From: Gnetum montanum
Lineage: Eukaryota; Plantae; Gnetophyta
Assembly: GCA_015680685.1 (NCBI GenBank)
Contig: MNCI01002485.1
Span: forward strand, 1,060,033 to 1,124,032
Direction of reading: 5' to 3'
DNA: 64,000 bases
Shown: in pieces, positions 14,111-26,312 of the stretch
Numbering within the stretch: the stretch's first letter is position 1
Layout: every line of letters starts with the position of its first letter
Notes under the pieces: model-generated
Told to the model about the DNA's origin: nothing
Seen by the model: the letters and a program-made list of their open reading frames with translations, nothing else
Database searches by the model: none
Program-made: the position numbers and the translations under genes

Positions 14111-15020
14111 AGACATCTTAATATCTTTTTCTTTAGTTTTATACAAAGATTTTGAAGAGATAAAAGTTCATTACACAGGAGTTCATACCTTTCTTTTTTT
14201 TTTTCCATTTGATCATTATCATCTAAAAGGATAGTATTGTCATTTGTGAGAGCCATACATATGAGATTTGAATCTTTTGAATTATCCTCCACTTCTTCTT
14301 CACTTTGCTCTTCATCATCACAGCTTGAGTAGAATATAGTCTTCTTCATGTCCATGTCTGTCTTATCCTTTCATTGTAACCTGCTATTGCTAGGATATTT
14401 GGAGGCCACATGGCCTCTTCCATTACATACCCAAAATCCTATTGAAAAAAGCATCAACATTAGAATTTGAAATATTTTTACCTCTATCCTTACCTTTGGA
14501 GTTGATTTGGTTGAGTCCTAATTAATTAAGGCTTATTCCCTTTCTTACATGAAGCCTTTGAACTCTTCTTGATAGAAGAGCTCTTTCTTCATCTTGTTCA
14601 CCTAGTTCCTTTTCTTTGGATGTTGATTTTTACACAAGGGGCTTCTCTATTTACTTTGAAAAACCAAGAGTTTTAATTGTTTAAGAATGGATGTGCCCTC
14701 ATAGGTATATTCTAAGGTTTTCCAAATTTCCTTGGTAGTTCTACATCTAGCTGCTCTATTGATATCAAATTTATTTAATGCACAATATAAACAATTTTTT
14801 TCTCTAGAATCATACAAGAGCTTATCTCTCTCTTTTGTGTTCACTTGCTCTATGGCTTAATTAACTTTGTTGTGTTATTGATGGATGAGGTGTAATATTC
14901 AAGGATGAACTCCCATACCTAAAATTTCATTGATTCAAAGAAGCCTTGCATCCTTGCCTTCTAATAAGTAAAATTAAACTTGTTGAACATTGGTGGCTTT
15001 GTATTGGATGTCCCCTCCAT
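14110..15020 (-). pseudogene. gag: Copia/SIRE gag remnant
   Basis: MEGTSNTKPPMFNKFNFTY*KARMQGFF start; YCALNKFDINR...KEIWKTLEYTYEGTS (UBN2-type gag); decayed zinc knuckle ~14405-14435; stops and an internal deletion. Confidence 0.85.
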
Positions 15021-15611
15021 AGTTTACTCTTGAAAGTTGAAGCCAAACGTAAGAGTACCAAGCTCTAATGGCACTTGAGGATTGAGAACTTAGAAGGGGG
15101 GATGAATAAGTTCTTAATTAAAATTGTACTTGCCACATAAAAAAAATTTTACATGGTTCTCAAACTTTGGTACTTTCACACTCAGAGGGTAGAATCTATG
15201 CACACCTATGGATTTTTTTTCTCAATCAAATATGGTTTGAAGGAAACCATAGCTTGTACAAGCTCTAAGCTCTACACCAGAGTGTTTCATCGCTACAAAA
15301 CCACCCAACTTTGCAATGTTCCAACAAGCTCAAAATGTGGTTTCAAGAATCCCACAACCTTTACAAAATTGAGCTCATGTTCAGAGTGTTTTGACATTCA
15401 AAAACCATTGAACCTTGCAGGGTCCCAACAAGCTCAATTAGGATGCCTTCTCACAAGACTTACATCAGCCCTATAGGTCAACAAGAAAAAGAAAAATATG
15501 TAAGGAAAGAATGTATCTAAAATTACAAGGCCTTATTGTTGAATCTCAATTCAACATATAATTAAGCAAATGATGTTACAATAAAGAACTAGAGTATAAT
15601 AGCATAGATAT

Positions 15612-16366
15612 CAATGAGGACATAACCCAGTGCATGTCTAAACCTTAATATGTTTATGTGTTGTTATGTTTTTCTTTTACTGTTGTTTTTTTGATGATGA
15701 TCTCAGGGAATTTTGACATGTTTGGAAGTGTTTTGGGGTCATTTTAATAACTTTAGGGTGTTCTGGGGGCTATGGGAACTTGTTTGGAGATATTTGGAGG
15801 TTCCAGGCCTCAAAACAAGCATATTTAACTTTTAACTTGATAGTATAGATGTCTACATTGCAAATTAGATGTCTCTTCCAAGGCATCTACCACAAGATGT
15901 CTCCTCTAAGACGTCTACTATAATAACTTTTGCACTCGAGAGAGATGTCTCTTGTTTCTCAAAGACATCTTCCACGGATTCTAATGAACACTCAATTAAA
16001 TGATAAATTATGGGAAAGATGAAGATACAAGAGAGGAAAAGGTCTAAATAGACCTCTTGGGCCTTACATTTAATCAAGAGAGTCTAAAGAGATAAGAGAG
16101 AGAGTCCAAAGTGAGTGAGAGGAGCATAGAAAGAGATAGAGTCTTGGCAAGATACCTTGATCATCATCCATGTGACTGTGTGATTTCTTTGATTGAGTAT
16201 GTGAGAGTTGGATTGAATCTCTTGTCTGTCCTTGGGAATTGTACTTTCTTTCATATGTAAATTCTCCATTTGAGTAAGAATAAAGTTTTCACTTTCCTTA
16301 TTCAAATTTATTGTTTTGTAAATTTAAGAGAGCTTGGATTATGGAATCCATGGGAGCTTCTCATCA
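15612..16366 (+). mobile_element. Solo LTR inserted into the Sirevirus 5' LTR
   Basis: Absent from the sister LTR; termini (CA)ATGAGGA...TTCTCATCA; TSD GATAT/AATAT; homologous to 1-560. Confidence 0.8.
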
Positions 16367-18310
16367 AATATGAAAATGATTGTTTTGATGTGAAAAGTGC
16401 TTGCATAATTTTTGGGAATTTGGTATATTCTTATAGCCTCAGAGTTTCTAAAAGCTCCTTAGAATTCATGCAATGACTACCTAACAACTAGTGTAGACAT
16501 CTCCTTTGAAGTTAGGATATTTATGTGAGATTGGCCTCAATTTAGGAGAGACGTCTTGCTAGAAAATGGAACATCTCATGTGGGACGTCTCTAGGGAGAC
16601 ATCTTCTATAGGATAGAGACATTTATTATTTCTAGGAGACATCTCCTCAACTCTTGGACTTTCATTTCTGAGGCTTCCTCTTGGCAATTTATCTTCTTCC
16701 TAGTCCTTGGAGCACCTTCATTTGGTGTGTAGTCTTTAGTTTCAGTCCATGCTCTTGCAATCTCTCATCTTCACTCATATAGTCTTCACTTTGTCATCTC
16801 ATTGTGGTTCTCATTTCCCTTGAGTCCTCTTATCTTGTTGTTGAGTTCTTGTTGATGTCTTGTAAACACATCATCCACAACAAACATTCTATGCTCTCCA
16901 TTTTTCTTAAGGTTTTGACATACGAAAAGATCAACAAACACTAATTTCTACTTAATTTAAATTAAAGAAAATGTAAATAAAAGAGTTTGGAGGTACACAT
17001 TTAGAATATTTCTAATAAGGTAAGCCTTTTAAATTTTCACCAAATTAGATATGAAATCACAATGTTCAAAGATTAATGGTTTACTACATAATGATATATG
17101 TTTATATCCATGAAATAAATAATAAAATTAAATTAAAAATATCCACCATCTCAAGTCATTAATGGCTATGTTATAATGATCATACTGAAATTAATTTATG
17201 CCATCCTATGCTATCAAAGACTTATCAATTTAAATGAGTAGAAATGATTAAGAAAAAAATTATGGTTTGGGAAAAAATCAAGGAAGGGTTTTTATTGCAA
17301 GTGAAATTATGATTTTTTATGACTATATTTTATGAATGAAAATCCATTTATAAGAATTCTATATGTTTGAATTAGCAAGAAAAATCATAATGAAGACCTT
17401 AGCAAAGATGAATCCTAAGAAGAAATTTCATTTTCAAGACATCTTGACAAGTGATAAATTGTGTTTTTCATATGCTCCAATATCAGAGTGACTACGATAT
17501 TGGGTACATGATATCATGGCCCAATATGCGATATTGTACATTTGATATCACAAGGTTACTCCTAAGTCTATAAATACAACCCCCGGGCACATGATTGAGA
17601 GTAGTTTTTGGTAGTTAAGTAGTGAAACTCTTGCAGTTTGTCCATTTGAGAGTTAGAATATTTTCCAAGTTCCTGTAGCAGAAGGTTTAAGTGTGAATGG
17701 ATATTTATTCAAGCATTGATGTACCTAAACACACTATTATGTTGGCAATAAAGATGAACTCTTCGATTCATCCTTGCAGCACTTGAGACTTTCTTTCTTG
17801 TGCATTTATACATATTGTGATTTCATGCAGTTTACCTTAACATTATTCATGTAGCAATTAATTTTGATTAATTAAGAATCTCATTAAGATACATAAGCAT
17901 GACCCCCTTCGAACATATGTGTGACACTTGGTAACTCATAAATGGTTAGCATTTGACAACCCAACAATGTTTACACAAAGCTCAAGATGTATTCAGGAAG
18001 TGGGAACAGTTACTTGTGTTAGTCTAGATTAGACCATAGTTTACTTAGCATTTAATTACTCTTACTTTCATTCTTGTTCTAGGTGAGTAAATTGATCAAA
18101 CACAAAATAATAAAAATCTTACACCTCATTCACACTTAACTATATAATTACATTCCACAAGTGGGACTGGGAAGATAATGAATGGGCAACACACATGCAC
18201 TATTTAGCTCTAGAGTACTTGGTAATTAAGGTTTGTGAAATTTAATCAGATCACATGTGAATACCTATGATTCATATGGTTGGGCATAGGGGTACCTTGC
18301 CTCTCATCAT

Positions 18311-18328
18311 TGGCACTGTTGCTGGGGA
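18311..18328 (+). promoter_or_regulatory. Primer-binding site, tRNA-Asp type (Athila)
   Basis: TGGCACTGTTGCTGGGGA = TGGCGCCGTTGCCGGGGA with three transitions, 1 nt after the LTR end. Confidence 0.9.
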
Positions 18329-18477
18329 CTTTAGTTCTACATGTGCTATCTAAACCGAGTGAAACTTAGTAACCTCGTTGTTTGAATCCTAAGAGTCAAA
18401 TCTTATGAAAATAAAAATTAGAATTATAATTAAATTAAACCTTAACTACACACTACATATAATTCCATTAACATAAA

Positions 18478-21400
18478 ATATCTTCTTCTCATAGGAGCCT
18501 ATCTCTACCAAAGGCAGACTAGGTACCTCAATAATACTGGGTGGTAAATGCTCATCCTAATGAGTATGTACCAAACTTCACCTTCATTTTGCATTAAGAT
18601 GAAATGATACGGTGGTGCGACATGCCAGGAAATGTTGTGTTGCCACCTGATTGATCTATTTGAGTGATGCCCTACTTAATGCTCACATGACATAGGCTTC
18701 AACATCTTCATGGAGATTACGAGATGCGAGATCTCAATTCAAGGGATTATCATCCCACTAAAGCACAAAGGTTAAGGAATTGTTAGCTAGAGCATCAACA
18801 TGAGCTTGTGAAGGGCAAGGGATCAAACACCTTTTCACCTCAGCTTGGACCATTAGATGGAGGTGACCACTTCTTTAGTGATTCTTCTCTCTTTGACTTT
18901 GTTCAAGGGGCCCTCAACCAGAACATGTAATCCACAATTCATAATCTAGGTTTTAGTCAAAATGGATCCAATGAAAAAACTGGATCTAGAGAGGCAAGTT
19001 AGGATAAGGGGGAAAAAGGATGTCATGATTATGATCGTGCTCATGATCATTGAAGAAAGGGTGATAGGTGTCAGTGTGGAGAAAGTTATCCTTCCTCTTC
19101 CCCTTCATCATCATCTTCTTCTTCTTCATCTGGCTCAAATCATGGCTGTAGAGGGAATCATCATGTTGGAGGTGACCATCGGGACTAGAATAAAAAAAGG
19201 GACCATCAAGACAATTATGGCCGAAGGCATGGGAAATCTAAAGAGGCCCATCATCAAGAAATAATGGCTAGTAGAGAGCATCATAGCCACCATCACCATG
19301 GCCTTGATAAACCTCTACTTGCTACTCAGGGCATGTTAAACATTGTAGAGGCTATGAGGATTCCAACAAGGCACATAAAGGATACCGGAATAAAGAGGCT
19401 AGACATTAAGAACATCCCTCAGTTTGAGGGAGGCTATGATGTTGATCCGCAAAATCATCTCCAAGCTTTCCAAGATGCATGTGCCTTACAAAAATATTGA
19501 GAATGACTGGTAGAAGTTGAAATTATTTCCAAGGACATTCATAAAGGAAGCATAAAATTGGTACCGATCCTTAGAGCCAAAATCAATCAGGTGGTGGAGT
19601 ACGATGTTGGAATTGTTCAATGATAAATATCAAACATACTCTGAAGTGTCCAATCTAAGGAAGTAGATCCAAGGGTGAAAACAAGAAAACCATGAGCCCT
19701 TGGATGCCACTATTGATTAATACACTCTCTATTGCATAGGTGTCTCAGCCATGGATATTCTCAACTTGATTAACTTCACCATATCATAGATGGGTTGCAA
19801 TCTAAAATAAGAAAAACCCTCGGAATCTATGCTCAAGGGAGATTGATAGAGTTAAGTGCTCATGAGATCCAAAATTTAATTGAATAGGTAGCCAAGGAGG
19901 AGGGAGAATTGAGAAAGTGTAGAAGAATACAACAAGGACTCTTCTATCCAAAAAATGAGGTTTGATTTTGTAACAACGAGGATGAATTAACCAAAGATGA
20001 GGTGGCTAATCTAAAAACCTTGCCACTCTAGAAATTGTAATCTGAAATCATGGCTAAGGTTGATCAATTATGGGACTCTATGGACCATAGGTTTCAAGCT
20101 ATCTTAAAAATGGCTGAGGTGTCCAAGGGGCAATGTGGTAAGCATGAGCACTAGAGATGTAAAGAAGCTAAATGTGCTATATCTAAGGGTAAGGGTAAAA
20201 TGGCTATGATAGATATGGTTGTAGATAGTGACTCAGATGATGATGGTGGGTGTGACATCTACCAATATGAACATCCTAAGGGATGTTATCTAATTATGTC
20301 ACACTTGCAGGAATTTGGGGTGTATGCATTACATTCATGACTTGCACAAAGGAAAAAACCCAAAATATTACCTTATCCATAAGGGAACACTCAACAATTC
20401 CACCAATGACATTAGTACCATCCAAGTGTAACTCCATCACAACCTTATGAATTTTACCAATAGTGGCAATAATCACAATCATGGGTGTTGGAACCTCCAA
20501 GACAACATTATCCTTATCTGAAATGAGATCCCTATGGTTACTATTTTCAGAAGCCTTCATCTCCATGGGACTCCTTTGGTCATGTTGCCACTTACCAACC
20601 TCACCACTACCATCGTGAAGTATAGCAATCATCCTATCCAGGAGGGATGCCACCTACTATCCTCATACTCCTCCTATCCCTACACCTACTTCTTTGTCTC
20701 ATGCATAGTTACCACCTACTCCTCCATCCATGTAGGGTGAATTGCCTACCCAACCACAATAAAGAAACACTACTAGGGTGATTAATCTACAACCGGTTAA
20801 CCCAGCAAGTAGGTAAAAATCATGATAAAATAAAAGACCCTTCTTCCAACCTTGTAATTCACCAAAGCCCTCAGACACATTAATGGTTGGTAACCCTGCT
20901 CCTCCACCTTCCTTTATTTCACCTTTATCTGATTCCCCTTCAAATCAAAATCCCTCTCAAATCCATACTGTAATGTTAACCCATGTTGTATATGATTGGA
21001 TTCAAGCTAGTAACCTACCTAGGTAGTTAGCTAATCTTTGGAGTCCTCAAGTATATTTCCAAATTGTTGTGAATGAGCCTTGTAAAGATCTTCTTGACTC
21101 TAGTTTTAGTGTTAATCTAATCTCTCATGAGATGTACACGATGTGGAACCTTCCTCCCTTGAAGAAGAGCAACATCTAGCTGTAACTAGCAGACCAGTCC
21201 ATCACTATTCCATTAGGATTGGTAGAGGACATCATAACCACTATTTGTGGATGGTCATATCATATCGACTTCCTAATAATCAAGGTGGAGAAATATAAGG
21301 GGGACTTCCCAATTATTATGGAAAGGGCATAGTTAAGCACCATTGATGCCAAAATGGGCATTAGAGATCTTTCCTTGGAGATATCTAAAGAAAATGAATT

Positions 21401-24400
21401 TGGAAAGATCAAGAAGAAGAAGATTCCATGTATCACATACAATGATTTAGGGTGCTATTGTGTGCAAAAGTTATAATCAATGAAGTGAACATCTATCTCT
21501 GCATGTAAGCAGTGTCCACCTGAAGTTGAAATTCAAAGATGCATGTACACGATAGCCACAAGACAAGAAGGCACCCAGTAGCTGAAAACTGATTCTAGTA
21601 GTAGTACATTATGCATGGAACCTACTGAGGGCCTAATGTATGAATATGTTGCAAGTATGGATGAACTCAATCAAGTTCATCACCAACTCTCTGAAGGAGT
21701 AAATGATGATGTCAATTAGGGAGAACTGGAGATTCCTAACAATTTTAAACAGGAACTCCTTGAATTGAAGATACTATTACCTAGAATGAAGTATGTGTTC
21801 TTTAAAAATGGAAGGTTTATCATTATTAATGCCAAGCTTGCTACATAATAAAAGAAAATGTTGATGAAGGTGGTGGGAAAATGGTTAGCAGCATTTTCCT
21901 GGTCATATTCTGAGCTCACTGGTATAGATCCAAGAATATGCTAGCATCAAATATACACTAACCTCACTATTACACTAAAATAACAGCCACAATGATGTTT
22001 GAATCTTAAATTAAAGTAGATTGTTAAAGAGGAGATTGAATAACTCCTCAAGGTGGGATTCATCTACCTTGTTGTAGATAGTGAGTGGGTCAATCTACTC
22101 ATGATTGTGCCCAAGAAAGAAGGCAAATGGTTGGTGTGCATTGACTTCTGGCTACTCAATATGGCAACTTTCAAAGATCATTTTTCATTTTCTTTTTATT
22201 GACCAAGTGCTAAACACCATTTCTGGGCATAACTATTACAACTTTCTAGATGGTTATAATGGCTATAACTAAATTTGAATTGCACTAGAGGACCAAGTGA
22301 AGACGACTTTCACAAGTCCTTGGGGGACTTTCTCTTATCATTAGATGTCATTCGGTCTATGTAATGCCCTAGCCACATTTCAACAATTATTCTTTAGCAT
22401 TTTCCAACAATAAATTGGTAGTGGGGTAGAAGTCTTCATGGATGACTTTTCTACCTATGGAGCTACATTCAAGTAAGCCCTGGACCATCTTGTGCAAGTG
22501 TTAAGGAGATGTGTCAAATAAAACCTCCAGCTTAATTGGAAGAAGAGCCATCCTATGGTCTAGGAAGGCACAGTTTGGGGGCACCATATCTCAAAAGCAA
22601 GAGCTAAGGTAAACCCTAGAAAAATAAGGGTCATCCAAGGAATAACCCATCAACCTAAAACAATTAAAGAAGTGTGGTCATTCCTTGGTCATACTGGCTA
22701 CTACCAGTGCTTCATTGAGAATTTCTCCAAAATTGCCAAGCCATTAGTGGAATTGACAAAGAAGGATGCATCATTCATCTAGAACCCTACATGTGAAATA
22801 GCAGTTCAACAACTGAAGCAAAAGTTTACTGAAATCTCCATTCTACAAGCACCTGACTAGTTTAGGCCATTTCATGTGATGACTGATGCATCAAATTATG
22901 CTTTGGGGGTAGTGATTACATAGATGGATGATAAAAAATGTTCATATTACATTCACTACAAAAGCCAAAGTATTACAGGTACACAGCTGAACTACACCAC
23001 CATAAAAAAGGAATTGATGGCAGTGGTGTTCGCATTAGAGAAGTTTAGGCACTATGTGCTTGGATATAAAGGGTTCATGCACATAGATCATAGTGCCATA
23101 TGGTTTCTAATGAATAAACCAATGGTGAGCCCTCATGTTATATGATGGCTCATGATTTTGCAAGAGTTCGATCTTAGAATGGTAGATTGAAAGGGTGTGG
23201 AGAATGTATTTGTTAATCACTTATCACAACTAAGATGGGATGACAAGGAGAAAGAGAGCCTCTTAGTTGATCATTTCCTTGATGAATATCTCCTTTTAGG
23301 AGCTATTAATGCATAAATTCCTAATAAACCAAAATGGTGTGACACCATCCTCACTTATCTGCTTAAGCAAGAACTACTGCAAGGGCTAGACACTAAAAAC
23401 AAACAACAGTTTCTTCACTAGGTCAAGCATTTCATGGAAACTAATGAGAACCTTTACAAAGTCTATTCTGATGGCTTGGTACACTGGTTTTTTCCTAATA
23501 TATATCAACTGCATGTTCTCCAAGATGCTCATGAAGGCCCTTATGTAGGCCATTATGCTAGGAGATGAACAACCATAAAAATCCTCATGGAAAGATATTA
23601 CTAGCCAACAATCTTTAGGGATGCATACCAATTCATATGTGCTTGTGATTGTTGTTAGAGGGATGTTGGAATGATATCTTGAATGGATTCAACCTCTTGA
23701 GCCATTCGATATTTGGGGCATTAACTTTATGGGTCCCATTGCACCTTTGTCAAATGGAAAGGCAAATATCATAGTCACAGTTGACTATTGCACTAAATGG
23801 GCAAAAGCAATAGCCATCATTGACTATACATCCACTACTACTACTTGGTTTGTATAAAAAAATGTCATAAATAGGTTTGGTGTGCCTTTTTCATTAATTT
23901 CTAATAATAGAAATCATTTTATAGGTGCCACTTTTCAGAAACTTTTGCAGTGCTTGGGGGTTGAGCACAAACTCACAACACCATATCACCCCCAAGTCAA
24001 TGGTCAAGCTAAGGTCACTAATCAAGAGATTACAAAAATTCTAACATGTACCATTAGTAAATACTAAAGGGACTAGAGCACCAAATGAAACAATGCCCTT
24101 TGGGCCTATCACTCCACATGGAATCTTCCCATAAGTTATTCTCCATATTAGCTCATGTATGGAAAACTACCAACACTACCCATCCAATCTGAGCTTTGTA
24201 CACTCTTTATAGCCTATGACCTTGACCTAAATGTAAGTCTAGCATAGAAAGAATGATTAATGAACCTTAAATTACTAAATTAAAATTGGTTAATCGCCCT
24301 ATCATTAAACAAAATGCATAAGTCATTCAACAAGAAACACCATGACCTCAAAATAAGAAAAGTCAAGTTTCAACCAGGAGACAAGGTCCTCTACTAGAAT

Positions 24401-24667
24401 CCTGCACACATACCCCAATGAACCAAATTTTAAACATTGTGGGAAGGACCTTTCATTATTTATGAGACTTTTCCATCTAGGGCTATGATTATCTATAAAC
24501 ATAATAGCCCAAATAAGAAACAATTAATCAACAACCAATAATTAAAGCCCTTCTATGAGCCCATGCCAACCAACTCAATAGACACCTTGCTAGATGGACA
24601 ATCATACTCAATCTTTTGGATCTCCTCCTTCCAACTTAGTCATGGGTGAGATGGCCATACATGCTAA
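18478..24667 (+). pseudogene. gag-pol: gag-pol of element A, many stops and frameshifts
   Basis: Gag IPQFEGGYDVDPQNHLQAFQDAC; protease LLDSSFSVN (~21090); RT VPKKEGKW.VCIDF and VEVFMDDF (~22430); RNase H VMTDASNYA and YTTIKKELMAVVFALEKFR; integrase HHCC, PFDIWGINFMGP, TTPYHPQVNGQA. Confidence 0.93.
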
Positions 24668-26252
24668 CACTTTATGTGGATCCTCATTCTTTGACTTTTC
24701 TATTTTACACATTTTTGGTTTTACAACTTTTTGTCTTCATATTCTTTGTTTTACATCTTTTTGTTTTTTAGGTTATTGATCTTTTCTAAGTTTTTGTTTT
24801 ACACCATCATTAATATATTTGATATTTATTGCATACTCTTTTACTTCCTTTTATATTTTCTTGTATTTGATATGTCTCTCTACTCTTTTTGTTAATAAGG
24901 TATTAAGTACAATGGTAATGTGCTACTCGATGATGGTATGTTTCATTTGTATCTATTTTCAGACTTTGAATGTTGTTACTGACATTTTGGGACATGGTTT
25001 CTTTTCATGTAATAGGCAATGAGACCACATCATCCACCATCCACATACTCTATGGTTTTCCTTGTTTTGGAAACATGTAGTCTCTTTTTCATTAATGCAA
25101 CTTTAATAAATTGGTGACTTTTGTAGTTTTCAAAATTGGAAAAGAATCAAAGGTTTGGATAGGGTGTGGCTTCAAAGGATGTAGTATTCTTCATAATTTT
25201 CTATTTTCTTGTGTGTGGGTGTGTTCTCATGAGCTTCTCACCATTCTGTGTCATTCCACAATAGGAAGTCAAATAAGTCCTTGCATGGTGTGGTCCTCAT
25301 TGAAAAAAAGAAGAGAAAAGAAGAAGAAATGATATGAGGATTCAAAGAACATCCCTTGAAAAAAATAAATACAAAAAACACATGGGTCTTTGCATGGTAT
25401 GATTCCCATAAAAAAAACAAACATGGAAATTCAAAGCACACCCCTTAGCCCAAATAAAAGGGCTAAAAGCATTGGTTATTCAACTTGTCTTGTCTCCTCT
25501 AACTAAGGCCCTTTCTCACTTCCTACTTTCTCTCCAATTTGGAATGATGGTTGTTTGGTGGAGGCAATCTTGTATCTTAGGTGATGGACTAGTCTTAGAA
25601 TGTCGATGTGAAGTCACTGAAAGTGGTTGGTTTTGGTCTAGACTGAGGATGGATCCTACCAAGTCATTTAATTACAAACTCCACAAGGGACTTCATGTGA
25701 CCATAATTAGGAACTCTGTTTCATTTTCTCTATCATCCATTTATGCTTTTCATGTATCACCTCACTACTAGTTTCATGTTTTAATTCATTGTCCTGGTTT
25801 GATGTGTCAGGTTTCTCAGTCACTTACTTCTAGGTTTTTGTACCTAACTTTTCATAACCATTAATCATCCATGGTGTCCATGAACTCCTTTGTTTGAAGT
25901 TATTCAAGGGCATAAAAGGGCTATGCCTACTTTGGGGAGGACCCACTTGCATATCTTTTGGTTGGGTTAAGTTAAGCTCTTTACCCATGGACATTGTTAC
26001 AATCGAATTCTTTTTATTTACCCCATCAATGCCATCCAATTGCATACATCTTCACAACTATTGTTTGTGAATTCCTTCTTTTTATTGTTGTGAATTTATA
26101 TACCCTATTTCTAGTATTCCTTACATTAAGATTTTTCTAAATTTTATGGACAGCTTCTCTTACTTAACCCATCAGTCTTCCCACTAACATTATCAAGCAA
26201 CCAATCTATCACAATCACAACTTGGCTAGATAAAAATCACCAATGGGACAAG

Positions 26253-26312
26253 GTATTTAGCTATTATCTTTTACACTTTATATACTAATCCTTGATTTTA
26301 TTGTGATTGCAG
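26253..26312 (+). other. Putative 60-nt spliceosomal intron in the 3' region of element A
   Basis: AAG|GTATTT...TACTAAT...GATTGCAG; equivalent intron in three other elements. Confidence 0.75.

Larger units (their letters stand above)
11294..16936 (-). mobile_element. Non-autonomous Sirevirus (SIRE)-like Ty1/copia element: LTR-gag-env-like ORF-LTR, pol absent
   Basis: LTRs 11294-12367 and 15076-16936 (the latter interrupted); TSD AACAT/AACAC; degenerate tRNA-iMet PBS (rc of ACCAAGCTCTAATGGCA, ~15057-15073); PPT CATCAAAAAGGGAT at ~12368-12381 with an upstream AAAAGGAGGAGA copy. Confidence 0.88.

Noticed and set aside
25830-26045. Antisense ORF shared with 63281-63517 (WMINGY.KL)
   Set aside because: The frame is not maintained among copies, and the synonymous-change pattern favours the sense frame.
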